A stretch of 64,000 nucleotides of DNA from Actinomycetota bacterium. Lineage in GTDB: Bacteria; Actinomycetota; Acidimicrobiia; IMCC26256; PALSA-610. Each line of letters starts with the position of its first letter. Position 1 is the first letter of the stretch. This document shows positions 37,559 through 45,678 of the stretch, one piece after another. Under the pieces are notes generated by a model. The model saw only the letters and a program-made list of their open reading frames with translations. It ran no database searches and was not told the origin of the DNA. Position numbers and translations under genes: made by a program. The stretch covers positions 14,142 to 78,141 of the forward strand of contig JBQTGT010000035.1 in NCBI GenBank assembly GCA_052390615.1. Reading direction: 5' to 3'.

Positions 37559-39063
37559 CCGACGAGCGCGCCGCCCGTCTCGGGGTCGACCGGGACCAGC
37601 GCCGTGTCGGCCAGCGACGGAACAGTGGTTGTCGTGTTCGACGTGCTCGGGGCGGTTGACGCGGCGGCGCCGGACGCGTCGTTTGCGGTTGGCGGCACGC
37701 CCGTCGCGCGCGCGGCGCGCGCGGCGCGCGTTTCGGGTGGGGCTTCCTTGACCGGCGCCGGAATCTCGTCCCAGTCGCGACCCACGATCACTTCGACGTC
37801 GACATCGGCCGGCAGGTCACGAGCTTCGGCGACGGCGAGCGTGCCGAGCGCGGTCGCCACCGTCAGGCCCTTCTGCACCGTGCCGACCGCGTAGCGCACC
37901 TCGGTCAAGGGGTAGTCGTCCCGGTCCGCGTCCTGCGCGCGTCCGACCATGGCGTACCCGTACGCGGCCAGCGCCTCGAAGACTTGCCCACCACGTCCCC
38001 CGACACCGGAGCCGTTGCGCACGATCACGCGGGTGTCGGCGGGGTCGGCGGGTGGCTCGAACCCTTCGGGGAACCCGAAGTTGCGGAGCCGGTCGAGAAC
38101 TGGCGCCGCGTCGGGCTCCTTCAACACGAGATCGGCGCCATCGTCGACGATAGGAATCGTCGTCATCTCGATCGACGCGGGGTCGAGATCACGGAACGCA
38201 TTGATGAGGCCGCGCATGTCGCCCACATCCAGCGCGGCATCGCGCCGTAGGCTGTCGACGACGTCGTCGAGAAGGCGGAAGGCAGTGCGCAGGTCGCCGG
38301 CGCCAATATCGAGCGCGGCGTCGGCGAGGCTGCGCATGAAGTACTGCTGACGCTTGATGCGGTTCAAGTCGGCGGTCGGGTCTTCGCGCCAGCGGTCGCG
38401 CTCGGCGTCGTAGTACTGGTAATGCCGTGAGCGGACGTACTGCAGCGCTTGGCGACCGTCGAGCTCCCAACACCCCGCCTCGGGAATGTCCAGCTGCGAG
38501 AACCGATCGCGCGCGGGCGCATTGAATTGGATATCGACGCCGCCGATCGTGTCCACGATCTCCTCGAAGCCCGCGAAGTCGACTTCGAGATAGTGGTGGA
38601 TGGGAACGTCATAGTTCTCACGCAGCGTCTCGATCACAAGTGACGGCCCACCGATGGAGAACGCGGCATTGAGCTTCTGTTCGCCAAAACCAGGTATCTC
38701 GACGCGCAGATCACGCGGGAACGACACAACAAAACCCGTACGCGTCTCCGGTTCGACGTGCACGACCATGGTCGTGTCGGAGCGCGCGCCGCCGACCTCA
38801 TCGGCGCTGCCGAACGCCTGCGCGTCGGCTTCGTTGTCGACGAACTCGCGGCTGTCGGATCCGATGATCAGGAAGTTCGCAGGCTCGCCTTCTTCCTGGG
38901 GCGCGAGCACACCTTCTTCGATTTCGACCGTCTCGATGTCCTGCACGCTGTCCTCGAAGCGCGAGGTGCCGAACGTGACGCCGGCGCTCGTTGCGGCGAC
39001 GACGGCCACGGACGCGATCGCGAGACGACCGAAGAATGCGCGCGTCGAGGTGCCCGGAGCCAC
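37549..39063 (-). CDS. LCP family glycopolymer ligase, tandem paralog
   Basis: ANFLIIGSDSR...RSDTTMVVHVEP...VSFPRDLRVEIP...KLNAAF...HHYLEVDFAGF. 10-nt overlap with the downstream paralog. Confidence 0.9.
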   Translation of the reverse strand: MAPGTSTRAFFGRLAIASVAVVAATSAGVTFGTSRFEDSVQDIETVEIEEGVLAPQEEGEPANFLIIGSDSREFVDNEADAQAFGSADEVGGARSDTTMVVHVEPETRTGFVVSFPRDLRVEIPGFGEQKLNAAFSIGGPSLVIETLRENYDVPIHHYLEVDFAGFEEIVDTIGGVDIQFNAPARDRFSQLDIPEAGCWELDGRQALQYVRSRHYQYYDAERDRWREDPTADLNRIKRQQYFMRSLADAALDIGAGDLRTAFRLLDDVVDSLRRDAALDVGDMRGLINAFRDLDPASIEMTTIPIVDDGADLVLKEPDAAPVLDRLRNFGFPEGFEPPADPADTRVIVRNGSGVGGRGGQVFEALAAYGYAMVGRAQDADRDDYPLTEVRYAVGTVQKGLTVATALGTLAVAEARDLPADVDVEVIVGRDWDEIPAPVKEAPPETRAARAARATGVPPTANDASGAAASTAPSTSNTTTTVPSLADTALVPVDPETGGALVGCP

Positions 39064-39095
39064 GATCGCGGGAGTGTATCGGCGGCTTCTCGAAA

Positions 39096-40244
39096 CTATT
39101 CGACGGGCAAGCCGAGCCCGCGGGAGATCAGCAGGCGCTGAATCTCGCTCGTTCCCTCGCCGATTTCGAGCACCTTCGCGTCCCGGTAGAAGCGCGAGAC
39201 CGGGGTCTCGTCGATGTACCCGTAGCCCCCGTGGATCTGTACGGCCTGGCGCGTCGCGTCGACGGCGATCTCACTCGAGTAGAGTTTCGCGAGCGCGGCC
39301 GCGTGCCGGATCGGGCGGCCCTGATCGCGCAGCCACGCCGCCTTGTATGTGAGGTTGCGCGCGTTCTCCACTGCGACCGCCATGTCGGCGCACTTGAACG
39401 CGACCGATTGGTAGCGTCCGATGGGTCCGCCGAACGCCTGACGGGTTCCCGCGTACGCGAGCGACGCGTCGAGGCACGCCTGCGCGAGCCCAACCGCGAG
39501 CGCCGCGATCGCGATGCGGCCGTCGTCGAGAATCCGCATGAATGTCTTGAAGCCTTCACCCTGCTCGCCGAGCAGATTGTCCTCCGGCACGCGGCAACCG
39601 CCGAACACCAGCTCGTGGGTGTCCGACGCGTGCCACCCCATCTTGCGATACGGCGGCATCACTTGGAATCCGGGCGTGCCCGAATCGACGACGACGTTCG
39701 AGATCTCGTTGGGCCCGGTGCGCGCCGTGATCGTCACGCACTTCGTGATCGCCGTGCCCGAGTTCGTGATGAACGTCTTCTGCCCGTCGATGACCCACTC
39801 GTGCGTCTCCTCGTCGAGGCGCGCGCGGGTACGGGTCGCGCCCGCGTCGCTGCCCGCCTCGGCCTCCGTCAGCCCGAACGCGCCCAGCACCTCGCCGGCA
39901 ACCATCGGCACGAGGTACTCCTGTTTCTGGCGTTCCGTCCCGGAGTAGAAGAACGGGGCCGCGCCGAGGCTGACGCCGGCTTCGAGTGTGATCGCCATCG
40001 ATGCGTCCGCGCGGGCGATCTCCTCGATCGCGATGCAGTACGTGATGTAGTCGGCACCGCTGCCGCCGTACTCAGGCGGGAACGGCAGGCCGAACAAGCC
40101 GAGCTTGCCCATCGCGAGAACGGTGTCGACCGGGAACGTGTGGTCTCGGTCCCAGTCCGCGGCATGGGGCTCGATCTCGGCCGCCGCGAACTCGCGCACG
40201 ACGCCCCGGAATTGCTCTTGCTCGGCGGTGAGGTCAAAGTCCAC
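39096..40244 (-). CDS. Acyl-CoA dehydrogenase
   Basis: GTG at 40244 gives (M)DFDLTAEQEQFR. GLTEAEAGSDAG, KTFITNSG, LEIGEGTSEIQR. The upstream part of ORF 39096..40865 is antisense to pabB. Confidence 0.9.
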   Translation of the reverse strand: MDFDLTAEQEQFRGVVREFAAAEIEPHAADWDRDHTFPVDTVLAMGKLGLFGLPFPPEYGGSGADYITYCIAIEEIARADASMAITLEAGVSLGAAPFFYSGTERQKQEYLVPMVAGEVLGAFGLTEAEAGSDAGATRTRARLDEETHEWVIDGQKTFITNSGTAITKCVTITARTGPNEISNVVVDSGTPGFQVMPPYRKMGWHASDTHELVFGGCRVPEDNLLGEQGEGFKTFMRILDDGRIAIAALAVGLAQACLDASLAYAGTRQAFGGPIGRYQSVAFKCADMAVAVENARNLTYKAAWLRDQGRPIRHAAALAKLYSSEIAVDATRQAVQIHGGYGYIDETPVSRFYRDAKVLEIGEGTSEIQRLLISRGLGLPVE

Positions 40245-40280
40245 GGTGACGACGGTACCCGGCGGGTACCGTGCCGAGCG

Positions 40281-41516
40281 ATGGTCGATCGCGCCGACGC
40301 CGTCCCCGTGCTGGCACACCTGCCCCTCGAGGCCGGGTGTTCGGTCGTGCACGACGGCGATGCGGTCATCGTCGCGCTGACGCCGGACGTCGTGCGCACC
40401 GCGTCGGGCGCGGCCGCATTCGCGGCGCTCGACGACGCCGCGCGGGCGGGCTTTTGGGTTGTCAGCGTCGCCTACGATCTCGGCCGCTCGATCGAGCGGA
40501 TCGAGCCGCGCGCCGCCGACGATCTCGGGCTGCCCGACGTCATGCTCGCCCGCTTCGACGCTCGCTTGGTCCTGCGGCCGGGACACGAACCCGAGGTCGT
40601 CGGCACCGGCCAGACGGCCGACACGCTCGCCCGCGCCGCGTGGCGCGCTCGGCGAGGTGGCGAACCGCGGTTCCGGCCGCTCCGGGGTCGTTGGACGACG
40701 TCGCTCGACCGCGCCGCGCACGCGGCCGCAGTCGAGTCCGTCCTCGAGCTGCTCCGCGCCGGCGACTGCTACCAGGTCAACGTCACCCGCCGTCTGACCA
40801 ATGCGACACCAGCCGAGCCCGCCGCGCTCTTCGCGACGCTCGCGCGCGCGAATCCGGCGCCGCACGCCGCCCTCCTGACGACTCCGGATGTCGCGTTGGT
40901 GTGTTCATCTCCCGAGCTGTTCCTGCACGTCGATGACCGCGGCGTCGTCACCCGACCGATCAAGGGCACCGGCATCCACCCCGAGCGTCTCGCGGCGAGC
41001 GCCAAAGACCGCGCCGAGAACGTGATGATCGTCGACCTGGCCCGCAATGACCTCGGCCGGGTATGCGAGTACGGATCGATCTCGGTGTCCGAACTCTGCT
41101 CGGTCGAAACCCACCCGGGCCTGTACCACCTCGTCAGCACCGTCCGCGGACAACTGCGCGCGGATCTCGGTTTCGCCGACCTCGTTAGGGCGACGTTCCC
41201 ACCCGCGTCGGTCACTGGCGCCCCGAAACCCCGCGTGTTGCAAGCCATCGAGGATCTGGAGCCGGTCCGGCGCGGCGCGTATTGCGGCGCCATCGGGTGG
41301 ATCGACGGCGACGCGCGACGCGCCGAGCTCGCGGTCGCGATCCGGACGTTCACGATCACGGCGAGCGGAACGCATTTCGGTGTCGGTGGCGGAATCGTTG
41401 CCGACTCGCGACCCGATGCAGAGTGGGCCGAGACCGAGCTGAAGTCCGCCCGTTTGATCGGCGCCGCGTCGCAGGCGCCGGTTGGCGTGCCCACCTCGGT
41501 CACGAATCGGCGATGA
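40281..41516 (+). CDS. pabB: Aminodeoxychorismate synthase component I (chorismate-binding enzyme)
   Basis: ATG at 40281 inside ORF 38991..41516. SSPELFL, PIKGT, AENVMIVDLARND, GAPKPR, RGAYCGAIGW. Coupled by ATGA to a class IV aminotransferase. Confidence 0.8.
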   Translation: MVDRADAVPVLAHLPLEAGCSVVHDGDAVIVALTPDVVRTASGAAAFAALDDAARAGFWVVSVAYDLGRSIERIEPRAADDLGLPDVMLARFDARLVLRPGHEPEVVGTGQTADTLARAAWRARRGGEPRFRPLRGRWTTSLDRAAHAAAVESVLELLRAGDCYQVNVTRRLTNATPAEPAALFATLARANPAPHAALLTTPDVALVCSSPELFLHVDDRGVVTRPIKGTGIHPERLAASAKDRAENVMIVDLARNDLGRVCEYGSISVSELCSVETHPGLYHLVSTVRGQLRADLGFADLVRATFPPASVTGAPKPRVLQAIEDLEPVRRGAYCGAIGWIDGDARRAELAVAIRTFTITASGTHFGVGGGIVADSRPDAEWAETELKSARLIGAASQAPVGVPTSVTNRR

Positions 41517-42352
41517 TCGTCTGGCTCGACGGAAACCTTGTCGCGCTCGACGACGCGCGTATTTCACCGCTCGACCACGGTTTCACCGTCGGCGACGGTG
41601 TGTTCGAGACGCTGCGCGTGTACGGCGGCGTCCCGTTTGCGTGGCGGCGCCACATCGAACGGCTGCACGCGTCTGCCGACGCGCTCGGTCTCGGTCCGCC
41701 TTCCTCCGACGCGTTGCTCGCCGCCGCGCGCGACGTGCTCGATCGCAACGATCTGCGCGAAGCCCGACTCCGCATCACGGTCACCGGCGGCCCCGCCCCG
41801 CCCGGCTCGTCACGCCGCGACGGAACGGGCCCGACCGCATTCGTCATCGCCTTCCCATTCGAACCTTCCGCCGCGACGGCCGACGTCGTCGTCGCACCGT
41901 GGACCCGCAACGAACGCGGCGCGCTCGCGGGATTGAAGACGATCTCGTACGCCGCCAACGTGCGCGCCCTCGCCTACGCCGAATCGCGTGGCGTGACCGA
42001 GGCACTGTTCGCCAATACAAACGGCAACCTGTGCGAAGCGACGGGATCCAATGTCTTCGTCGTACGCGACGGCACGGTGTGCACGCCTCCAGCCGAGTCC
42101 GGTTGCCTGCTCGGTGTCACGCGCGCGCTGCTGCTCGAGCTGTGCGACGCGCTCTCGCTGCCGGTCGAGGAGCGAGACGTGCCGATCGCGACCCTCACGG
42201 GCGCGGACGAGGCGTTCCTGTCCTCGACGACGCGCGAGGTGCAAGCGATCCGCCGCATCGACGGCACAACGCTGCCGGCCGCACCCGGGCCCGTGGCCGC
42301 CATGCTCGCGGGCGCATTCCGAGATCTGGTCGCGCGCGACCTCGATCCCTGA
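41513..42352 (+). CDS. pabC: Aminodeoxychorismate lyase / class IV aminotransferase fold
   Basis: MIVWLDGNLVALDDARISPLDHGFTVGDGVFETLR...LKTISYAANV...EATGSNVFVV. ATGA overlap with pabB. Confidence 0.78.
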   Translation: MIVWLDGNLVALDDARISPLDHGFTVGDGVFETLRVYGGVPFAWRRHIERLHASADALGLGPPSSDALLAAARDVLDRNDLREARLRITVTGGPAPPGSSRRDGTGPTAFVIAFPFEPSAATADVVVAPWTRNERGALAGLKTISYAANVRALAYAESRGVTEALFANTNGNLCEATGSNVFVVRDGTVCTPPAESGCLLGVTRALLLELCDALSLPVEERDVPIATLTGADEAFLSSTTREVQAIRRIDGTTLPAAPGPVAAMLAGAFRDLVARDLDP

Positions 42353-42382
42353 CCGTCCGACCGTCCGACCGTCCGACCGTCC
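42351..42382. repeat. 8-bp microsatellite (gaccgtcc) x4
   Basis: Starts inside the pabC stop codon; four exact units. Confidence 0.9.
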
Positions 42383-42388
42383 CGATTT

Positions 42389-42451
42389 CTCCACAAAGTC
42401 GAATTCCGGTCGCCGAGCGGCCCGCGCGCTCCACAGAGTCGATTTCGGTCG
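42389..42451. repeat. Imperfect direct repeat pair phased 40 bp apart (ctccaca[a/g]agtcga[a]tt[c]cggtcg)
   Basis: 42389-42412 and 42429-42451. The reverse complement contains cGACT(T/C)TGTGGAG, related to the 20611/20651 core. Confidence 0.8.
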
Positions 42452-42462
42452 GCAGTGACGAG

Positions 42463-43221
42463 TCAGCGCGGGCGGAGGTGCACGACATCGCCCGCGGTCA
42501 CCACGACTTCCCGTCCGTCGTCGCGGGCCACGACGAGGTGCCCGTCACCCGTGAGCCGGCGCGCGGCGCCTTCGAACGAATCGTCGGACCGCTCGACGCG
42601 CACGCGCCGCCCGAGCGTGGCCGAGCACGCGACCGCGTCGGCAAGCAGAGCGTCGAGCGCGTCGAGCCGAGTCGCGAACCGGGTGAGCCACCCATCGAGC
42701 AGCTGCTCGCGATCGACGGGACGCGTGCCGCACACATTGCACGCGGTCGCCGTCTCGGCGAGCTCGGCCGGAAACGACTCCCACCGAACATTCAGTCCCA
42801 TGCCGACGACAACGGCGTCGCCCGCGCGCTCGGCGAGGATACCCGCCAGCTTGCGATCGTCGACCACGACATCGTTCGGCCACTTGAGCCGTGCGTCGGC
42901 GCCTGCGAGTTCGCGCACCGCGTCGACCGCGGCAAGGCCGGCCGCGAGCGTGAGGAGATGCGCACGCCCGGGCGGCAGGCGTGGTCGCAACAGTACCGAG
43001 ACCAGCAGCGAGGCACCCGGCGGCGCGACCCATGCGCGGTCGAGGCGACCCCGACCCGCGGTCTGCGCGTCCGCAACGGCGACGATTCCATCGGCGGCTC
43101 CCGCGCGCGCCGCATCGAGGAGATAACGGTTCGTCGAGTCGATCTCGGCGAACCGGCGCACATCGTCGAACCGACTCGCCGCGCTGTCGGACACGACCCG
43201 TAGGATACGGCCCGCTCTCAC
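42463..43221 (-). CDS. birA: Biotin--[acetyl-CoA-carboxylase] ligase
   Basis: EIDSTNRYL...AQTAGRGRLDRAWVAPPG...LKWPNDVVV...KLAGILAE. GTG at 43221 chosen so it does not overlap the divergent accA start (alternative GTG 43194). Confidence 0.85.
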   Translation of the reverse strand: MRAGRILRVVSDSAASRFDDVRRFAEIDSTNRYLLDAARAGAADGIVAVADAQTAGRGRLDRAWVAPPGASLLVSVLLRPRLPPGRAHLLTLAAGLAAVDAVRELAGADARLKWPNDVVVDDRKLAGILAERAGDAVVVGMGLNVRWESFPAELAETATACNVCGTRPVDREQLLDGWLTRFATRLDALDALLADAVACSATLGRRVRVERSDDSFEGAARRLTGDGHLVVARDDGREVVVTAGDVVHLRPR

Positions 43222-43246
43222 TGCGCCACCGGGCTGAAGGGGCACC

Positions 43247-45022
43247 TTGCTGTCGAAGATCCTCATCGCGAACCGAGGCGAGATCGCGATCCGCGTCATG
43301 CGGACCTGCCGCGAACTTGGTATCACGACCGTTGCGGTCTACTCCGAGCTCGACCGCGACGCCGCCCACGTTCGCTATGCCGACGAGGCGTACGCGCTTG
43401 GTGGCCAGACGGCGGCCGAGAGCTACCTCAACACCGATGCCATCCTCGACGCGATTCACAAGTCCGGCGCCGACGGTGTCCACCCGGGCTACGGATTCTT
43501 TTCGGAGAACGCCGACTTTGCACGGGCGCTCGTCGCGGCCGGCGTCGCGTGGATCGGACCGCCACCCGAAGCGATCGAGGTAATGGGCGACAAGATCTCG
43601 TCGCGCCTCGCGGCCGCGCGCGCGGACGTCGAGTCGGTGCCCGGCACGACGACGCCGATTGCCGACGCGAGCGAGATCCTCGCGTTCGGCCAGGAGTATG
43701 GATTTCCCATCGCCGTGAAGGCCGCCTACGGCGGCGGAGGCCGCGGGATGCGGGTGGTGAATGATGCGGACGAAGCCGAAGCCGCACTCGAGTCGGCGCA
43801 GCGAGAGGCACAGAACTACTTCGGTCGCGCCGAGTGCTATATCGAGCGATACCTCACCAAGCCGCGGCACGTCGAGATCCAGGTATTCTGCGATGCGCAC
43901 GGCAACGCCGTCTACGTCGGCGATCGTGATTGTTCGACGCAGCGCCGGCACCAGAAGCTGATCGAGGAGGCGCCGGCGCCCGGAATGCCCGAAGACACGC
44001 GCCGCGCAATGGGCGAGGCCGCCGTGAAGGTCGCGCTCGCCTGTGGCTACGTCAACGCGGGCACAGTCGAAATGCTGTACCAGGACGGCGAGTTCTTCTT
44101 CTTGGAGATGAACACTCGACTGCAAGTCGAACACTGCGTCACGGAGGAGGTCTCCGGCTTCGACCTCGTCGCCGAGCAAATCCGGATCGCGTCCGGAGCA
44201 CCGCTCTCGTTCACACAGGAGTCCGTCTCACGACACGGGCATGCGATCGAATGCCGGATCAACGCCGAGGATCCGAACAAGAGGTTCCTGCCGTCGCCGG
44301 GAACGCTCACGCGGCTGCGGGTGCCGTCGGGTCCGGGCGTGCGCTGGGACGGCGGTTACCACGAGGGCGACACGATCTCGCAGTACTACGACAACCTTGT
44401 CGGCAAGTTGATCGTGTGGGCGCCCGACCGGGACGGCGCGATCGAGCGGATGGTGCGCGCCCTCGGCGAGTTCGAGGTCGAAGGGATACGCACGACGATT
44501 CCCGCGCACCGCGCGCTGTTGCAGACAAGTGCCTTCCGCGATGTCGTGCACTCGACGAAGTGGGTCGAAAACGAGATCGATCCGGCTTCGTTCGGCGTGA
44601 CGGTCGACGCGGTGTCGACCGTCGTGCTGCCAAAGGCAGACGATACCGACGCCATGCTTGCCGAGCGCACGGTGCCGGTCGAGGTCGACGGGCGTCGCTA
44701 CACCGTGAAGGTCTGGATGCCCGAACCGACGCGTGGCGGCCGGGCGACGTCCGCCGGCCGGACCCGCCCTCGTCCGAGCGCGGCGGCGGGCGGCGGTCGC
44801 GGCACCGGTGACGGCACGGTGACCGCGCCGATGCAGGGCACGATCGTCAAGGTTCTTGTCGCGGTGGGTGCCACGGTCGAGGTCGGCGAGGCCCTGCTCG
44901 TCCTCGAGGCGATGAAGATGGAGAACCACATCAACGCCGAGACGTCCGGCACCGTGCGCGAGATCCGGGTGCGACCCGGCGACGGCGTCGGAACGGGTGA
45001 CATCCTCGCCGTCATCGAATAG
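43247..45022 (+). CDS. Acyl-CoA carboxylase alpha subunit (biotin carboxylase + BCCP domains)
   Basis: TTG start with GAAGGGG Shine-Dalgarno. LSKILIANRGEIAIR, ATP-grasp blocks, C-terminal biotinylation motif LEAMKMEN. Confidence 0.95.
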   Translation: MLSKILIANRGEIAIRVMRTCRELGITTVAVYSELDRDAAHVRYADEAYALGGQTAAESYLNTDAILDAIHKSGADGVHPGYGFFSENADFARALVAAGVAWIGPPPEAIEVMGDKISSRLAAARADVESVPGTTTPIADASEILAFGQEYGFPIAVKAAYGGGGRGMRVVNDADEAEAALESAQREAQNYFGRAECYIERYLTKPRHVEIQVFCDAHGNAVYVGDRDCSTQRRHQKLIEEAPAPGMPEDTRRAMGEAAVKVALACGYVNAGTVEMLYQDGEFFFLEMNTRLQVEHCVTEEVSGFDLVAEQIRIASGAPLSFTQESVSRHGHAIECRINAEDPNKRFLPSPGTLTRLRVPSGPGVRWDGGYHEGDTISQYYDNLVGKLIVWAPDRDGAIERMVRALGEFEVEGIRTTIPAHRALLQTSAFRDVVHSTKWVENEIDPASFGVTVDAVSTVVLPKADDTDAMLAERTVPVEVDGRRYTVKVWMPEPTRGGRATSAGRTRPRPSAAAGGGRGTGDGTVTAPMQGTIVKVLVAVGATVEVGEALLVLEAMKMENHINAETSGTVREIRVRPGDGVGTGDILAVIE

Positions 45023-45080
45023 TCGTCACGTGCCGCCGGCCGTTCCGACGAGACCGCGTGGGATACGATAACGGACACTT

Positions 45081-45671
45081 ATGGACAATTGGCGCCCAAA
45101 CGTGTCCACGGAGGTCCCCGCCCCCCGCGCCCGGCCGGCCCCGACGCGACGCATCGTCGCCGCCGCAGTCGGAATCGCAGTCATCGTCGCCGGCGTCGTC
45201 GTCGTGCAGTCCACACCGGGGATCTTCAGCGCCGACCTGCACGTCTCGCTCACCGGTGCCGACGCCGGACGGAGCGGCGAGCTGCGTACCGCCTTCACCA
45301 TTCGCAACGACGGTGAGTTTTCAGCCCGGGTCGAGCGGATCATCGTGCGCTCCGACGCACTCGGCTTTGGGGACGTGACCGTGACGAAGAACGACGAGAT
45401 CGTCGACCTCCCCGAAAACCTCGACGAGGACAAGCTGCTCGAGGTCGAGATCCTGTTCGAGGAGTACGACTGCGACGCGATCTCCGCGGCGGTCCGCGCG
45501 CCGAAGGTCGATGTACGCGCCCGGGCGCTGATGCCGTGGTCGGCCAAGCGCGGGTTCTCGGTGCACGCGGCGTCGCCGCCACACAGCCAGGACTCGGGAG
45601 CACCGATTCTCGAATTCACCGAGCACGACAATTGGTTAGTCGTCGCGGCCGCACCCGTGTGCGGATTCTGA
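45081..45671 (+). CDS. Hypothetical membrane-anchored protein
   Basis: 196 aa. TM IVAAAVGIAVIVAGVVVV. Coding-like codon bias. No recognisable motif. Confidence 0.55.
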   Translation: MDNWRPNVSTEVPAPRARPAPTRRIVAAAVGIAVIVAGVVVVQSTPGIFSADLHVSLTGADAGRSGELRTAFTIRNDGEFSARVERIIVRSDALGFGDVTVTKNDEIVDLPENLDEDKLLEVEILFEEYDCDAISAAVRAPKVDVRARALMPWSAKRGFSVHAASPPHSQDSGAPILEFTEHDNWLVVAAAPVCGF

Positions 45672-45678
45672 CGCGCGT

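Noticed and set aside
38991-40280. First ~430 codons of the 841-aa plus-strand ORF that ends as pabB
   Set aside because: It is antisense to the LCP gene 5' end and the acyl-CoA dehydrogenase. Chorismate-binding-enzyme homology only begins after the ATG at 40281.
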